Shown here piece after piece: positions 48,991-52,432 of a DNA stretch of 52,432 nucleotides (its first letter is position 1; every line of letters begins with the position of its first letter). The translations under genes and the position numbers were made by a program. Source of the stretch: Hydrurus foetidus (taxonomy: Eukaryota); NCBI GenBank assembly GCA_900617105.1, contig UYFQ01000811.1:1-52432 (forward strand). Reading direction: 5' to 3'. The notes under the pieces were generated by a model. The model did not search any database. It was not told the DNA's origin and was given only the letters and a program-made list of their open reading frames with translations.

Positions 48991-50111
48991 TAAGAGGAGG
49001 ATAGGGGGATGTATGGCAGAGGAGAAGAGAAGAGAGGGGTGAAGGGGAGGAGGAGAGATAGGCACCACGTGAATCTTATCTCGGGGGCGGGGTTGTAAGA
49101 GGAGAACAGAGGAGGGGAGTAAAGGGGTGGAGAAGTAAAGAGGTGGGGAGGAGAAATCGAAAATATGGAAAAATCTTATCATAATATACCATATGGGGAA
49201 AGTGAATGAAGTGATGCGAAGTGAGTCATAGAGCAAAGCAGGGGACGGAGAAGGAAAAGCAGAGAATAAAAACTAGTGACGTGGCGTGGTTCGATGTATT
49301 ATCAAATACTGAGGTGTGGTGGTAGAGGGCTAAATAGTTATTAAGTGAACGAAATACGAACGAAGAAACGAAGTGAAAAGCTTGATTCGTCTTTCTTACT
49401 TGCGATGAGGAAAATTTAAAAATGAAGCGAAACGAAAGTAATGGCGATGACAGTAAAACCAACTCTTTCCCGCACAACTCGGCAAATTCTCGCACCACAC
49501 CTTGCCCCGCTTAACATTCTGCGGGGATCGAAACACAAACCAACAAAAACAACACATGCAACACGATGCAGTCCAAGACAAACACTGACTCATTAATCAA
49601 CAAACATCACAATACAACAAAACGCGATACGATGCAACACAGCACAGCACGTCCATCCAATGCATCCAATGCACCACACACCACGACACACACACGTCAC
49701 GAAACAGCTAGTCATTTCATTCACACGCATATATATATACACACACTCACGCACACATGCACGCAACAATTGCAACGCACAATTACGAAATGGAAACCAA
49801 CGTCTAGTATTCTTTCATTTTTCAACTTTTTTATTTTTTTCTACTTTTAGTTTTATATATTTATTTCATCGCTGAAAATCTTGTGGTAAAGAGACGGAGG
49901 TAAATATGATAGAGATAAAAATTATGCACCTTTTTAGTATTCGACAATTAGTAGTTTGAAACATAAATAATTCGATCGAAGTTATTCCTAACGACTTTTT
50001 CCTTTTTTCTTCTCACGGAAATTCAAACTTGGCGGCTTTTGACCAGTTAGAATTACCGGATAAGGTTGACGAGAATCCCGCTCCCTATCCCATTCTGAGG
50101 GCTGCCTGCCG

Positions 50112-50390
50112 TGTTGGAAATCTGGGCGATTTACACGGAATTTCTTCCGAGTTCCCAAACGATCCCTGCACTTCCGACTGCTAGCAACGCTTGCTCAAAA
50201 GAGAAGAAGACGTTCTATTCGGTAAGTTGGATTAAACGACAGTGACATGCTGTCGATTACATCTAGGTAGCATAACATGAGTGCGAGGGTTGCGGTCAAT
50301 GCTATCGCTGAATGTACGTACACCCGTGCATGAAAACAATCATACATCACACAGGGTACAAGATCCTAGTCCAATCCGGATATCACAACA
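50112..50390 (-). mobile_element. Possible copia 3' LTR (TGTTG...CAACA) preceded by PPT-like ATGGGGGTG (50399-50391)
   Basis: Same GGGGTG|TGT junction as the better-supported LTR at 51560. The left end is tentative. Confidence 0.35.
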
Positions 50391-50904
50391 CACCCCCATG
50401 ATGGTTATTGTTTGAATAAGTGAATATGTTAATTAGCATATGCTTATATAGTATACTTATTGGTTATTGTTCATAATATTTCACACAACACTCAGACAGG
50501 GAACTTAGTGTTAGGGTATGGTAAACAGTAAATTTTCTTAAAAACATTTTTCACGGAATTTTTTAATATTGACAAGTTGCGTCGTGATGTGGTGTAAAAT
50601 AAAACATGGGTGGTTGGATTAGCGGGTAAGTATTACTCGAGAAAAACTATTTCTAAACCGTCAAAAAAGCCTCAGATGGTGACCGGTCTCGAGTTCGATC
50701 CAACCGATGTTGGTGCCCTTAGATCCGCTAAAACGTCGACATTCGATGTCGCAAACGCGGTGCATCGATGTCCCTCGCGGTCCTATCAAACAAATGTTGA
50801 TTTAAAGCGAAATCAGATTTTTTATTTTTATTTTGGAATTCATCTGGAAAAAGCGCTATATAATTGGGTAAGTCAAAATCAATAAATAACTCCCCTGAAT
50901 TTCT

Positions 50905-51194
50905 TTATACATTGAGCACTTGGTCACGTAGCTCTTGGAATAGCTTCCCCTGCAGTGGCTTGGTCAGCAAATCTGCAATCATTTCTTTAGTACTCTTGTA
51001 GGTTACAATAATATGGTCTGATTTAATTCGGTCATGCAGGAAGAAAAACTTGATGTCTATGTGTCTAGTTCTTTCACTGTTTGACCTACCGTTCTTAACT
51101 AACTGAATTGTGGATAGGTTATCTTGGTAGATTAAAGCTGGACCTACCTTGTACTCTTGATGGATAAGGAAATTCCTAGTCCATAAGACCTGAT
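50905..51194 (-). mobile_element. Ty1/copia element A: RNase H C-terminus, cut off at 51194 by the insertion of element B
   Basis: Translates to QVLWTRNFL..IYQDNLSTI..SERTRHIDIKFFFLHD..EMIADLLTKPLQGKLFQELRDQVLNV*, a copia RNase H signature. Confidence 0.9.
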
Positions 51195-51560
51195 TGTCGT
51201 AACTAAGGATCAGTTTCCACTGAATGGAAAACTATATCCTTCCTGGGTACGCGCTCCTTCTGCAAGTTCAACACGTGCGCTAGCAGCTTTCCCGGGCTCA
51301 AGGCATAAGCTCTGCTGGTGTGAGTATGAAGGTAATTAACGATGCAACATCGCTTACATCGTTCATGGAGACAGGCGAAAAGATCGCGCTGTCCCGCACA
51401 GTCAAACATGGTGCACTTTCATCTTTTTGATTGTTCCTGGGTTAAAGGAACCTGGACCGGTGGAGTAGCGACCACCACACGGCACACGACGTACGAGACG
51501 TCATCAAATGTACATACGTAATAACTTATACGGTTACTTAGCTCATTAGTTATTCCGACA
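51195..51560 (-). mobile_element. 3' LTR (366 bp, TGTCG...CGACA) of copia element B, with PPT-like ATAGGGGTG at 51569-51561
   Basis: 5-bp inverted termini with TG...CA, a purine tract directly upstream, and an end that falls exactly where the element A reading frame breaks. Confidence 0.75.
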
Positions 51561-52309
51561 CACCCCTATGGCGTGAGTCGTCGGGTTGGTGTACGCGAAT
51601 GAAAACGCAATAGAATTCAAAAATGCTTCGTTTACTTGAAGCTTCACAAATGGTGTATCATAACATGATTTTATATTGTAGGGAAGTAGGGTAATGGTGG
51701 GGTTGACCTTAATTATGACGTTAGATAATTTATTGCATGCAGGGTAATATTAGTATCATAAGGTCTGACTGATCCGAATGTGCATAGAGTTAAACGATCC
51801 TAAAAAGACTTCATGTAACACGCAAAAGATTACACTTAAAATAATTTTCTGACTTTTTATACTATCTGATTCCGGAATCGGGTCTTGGGTCTGGGTCCAC
51901 GGTCCTCGCTCTTTATGTCTCTGTCAGGGTTTTCTTGAGTCGCACTTGATGGGGTAGAAGAAAAATGATGGAAGGGGGTAGCAGGAATGATGGAGTCTTT
52001 GTGTCTTGAGTGGTCAGTCTTCGTCATGATGCGCACTGAAGGGGTAGTAGAGTCGGATGTGGGGGCAGTAGGGATGACGGAGTCTTGGGGTCTTGGGTGT
52101 TCAGTCTTCAGCTGAAGCGGACAGCGGCGTTGTAGAAGGGTAAGACGGAGGGGGTAGCATGTCGGATGGAGTCTTCGTCAATAGGTATCAGTTCTTCTTG
52201 GACGTAGGGTATGGAAAGTGTGGGTTGGATTTTGTTCGTACGGGTGTCGGCGCAGAGTCCGTACGGTCCTTGGTCTTGCAGCCTTCTGCGTGTACGTGAG
52301 GGTGGTAGG

Positions 52310-52432
52310 TGGTGGAGTGTTGAGCAGCTCCTTCCTGAGCTTCTTAAACAATTTCCCCTGTAGTGGTTTAGTTAGAATATCTGCGATCATGTCAGTAGTA
52401 GGTAAATACACAATATCGATATCACCCGTTGT
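52310..52432 (-). mobile_element. Ty1/copia element B: RNase H C-terminus (element continues off the right edge)
   Basis: 'GDIDIVYLPTTDMIADILTKPLQGKLFKKLRKELLN' carries the copia ADxLTK motif. Confidence 0.9.

Noticed and set aside
50060..50221. Ankyrin-like exon fragment (ILRAACRVGNLGDL)
   Set aside because: Very short resemblance with an in-frame stop; it overlaps the tentative LTR and cannot be supported.
50668..50702. tRNA or tRNA-derived SINE (A-box-like AGCCTCAGATGG, B-box-like GAGTTCGATCC)
   Set aside because: The boxes are too close together, with no anticodon arm or acceptor stem.

Overview
Eukaryotic, intron-rich (GT-AG) genomic DNA with many simple-sequence tracts; a protist (stramenopile/chrysophyte-like) origin is my inference, not proven. 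All exon models were assembled by eye. From left to right: (1) an RRP14/SURF6 gene; (2) a decayed tyrosine-recombinase retrotransposon (gag with Cys/His knuckle, 9x51-bp repeat, RT, RNase H, YR, no methyltransferase, so Ngaro-like); (3) an 8-exon COG3; (4) head-to-head RBM18-like and MaoC/HTD2-like genes; (5) a multipass membrane protein gene; (6) an 8-exon ~1257-aa minus-strand gene with three OST-HTH/LOTUS-like repeats, a long Q/N/G/P/S-rich region and a C-terminal SAM-like domain; (7) a ~99% identical 1018-bp inverted duplication of the upstream region and first exon of a metallophosphoesterase, whose 1.9-kb spacer holds hairpins, a 51-bp minisatellite and a foldback element with a degenerate TTAGGG core; (8) the 14-exon ~2535-aa metallophosphoesterase with non-canonical DxE/GNRD motifs and very large low-complexity insertions; (9) nested Ty1/copia remnants at the right end. 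The best leads are the LOTUS-like/IDR/SAM protein, possible retrovirus-like expression signals in the YR element (a splice acceptor before YR and an in-frame gag UAG with a possible pseudoknot), the telomeric foldback element, and the inverted duplication.
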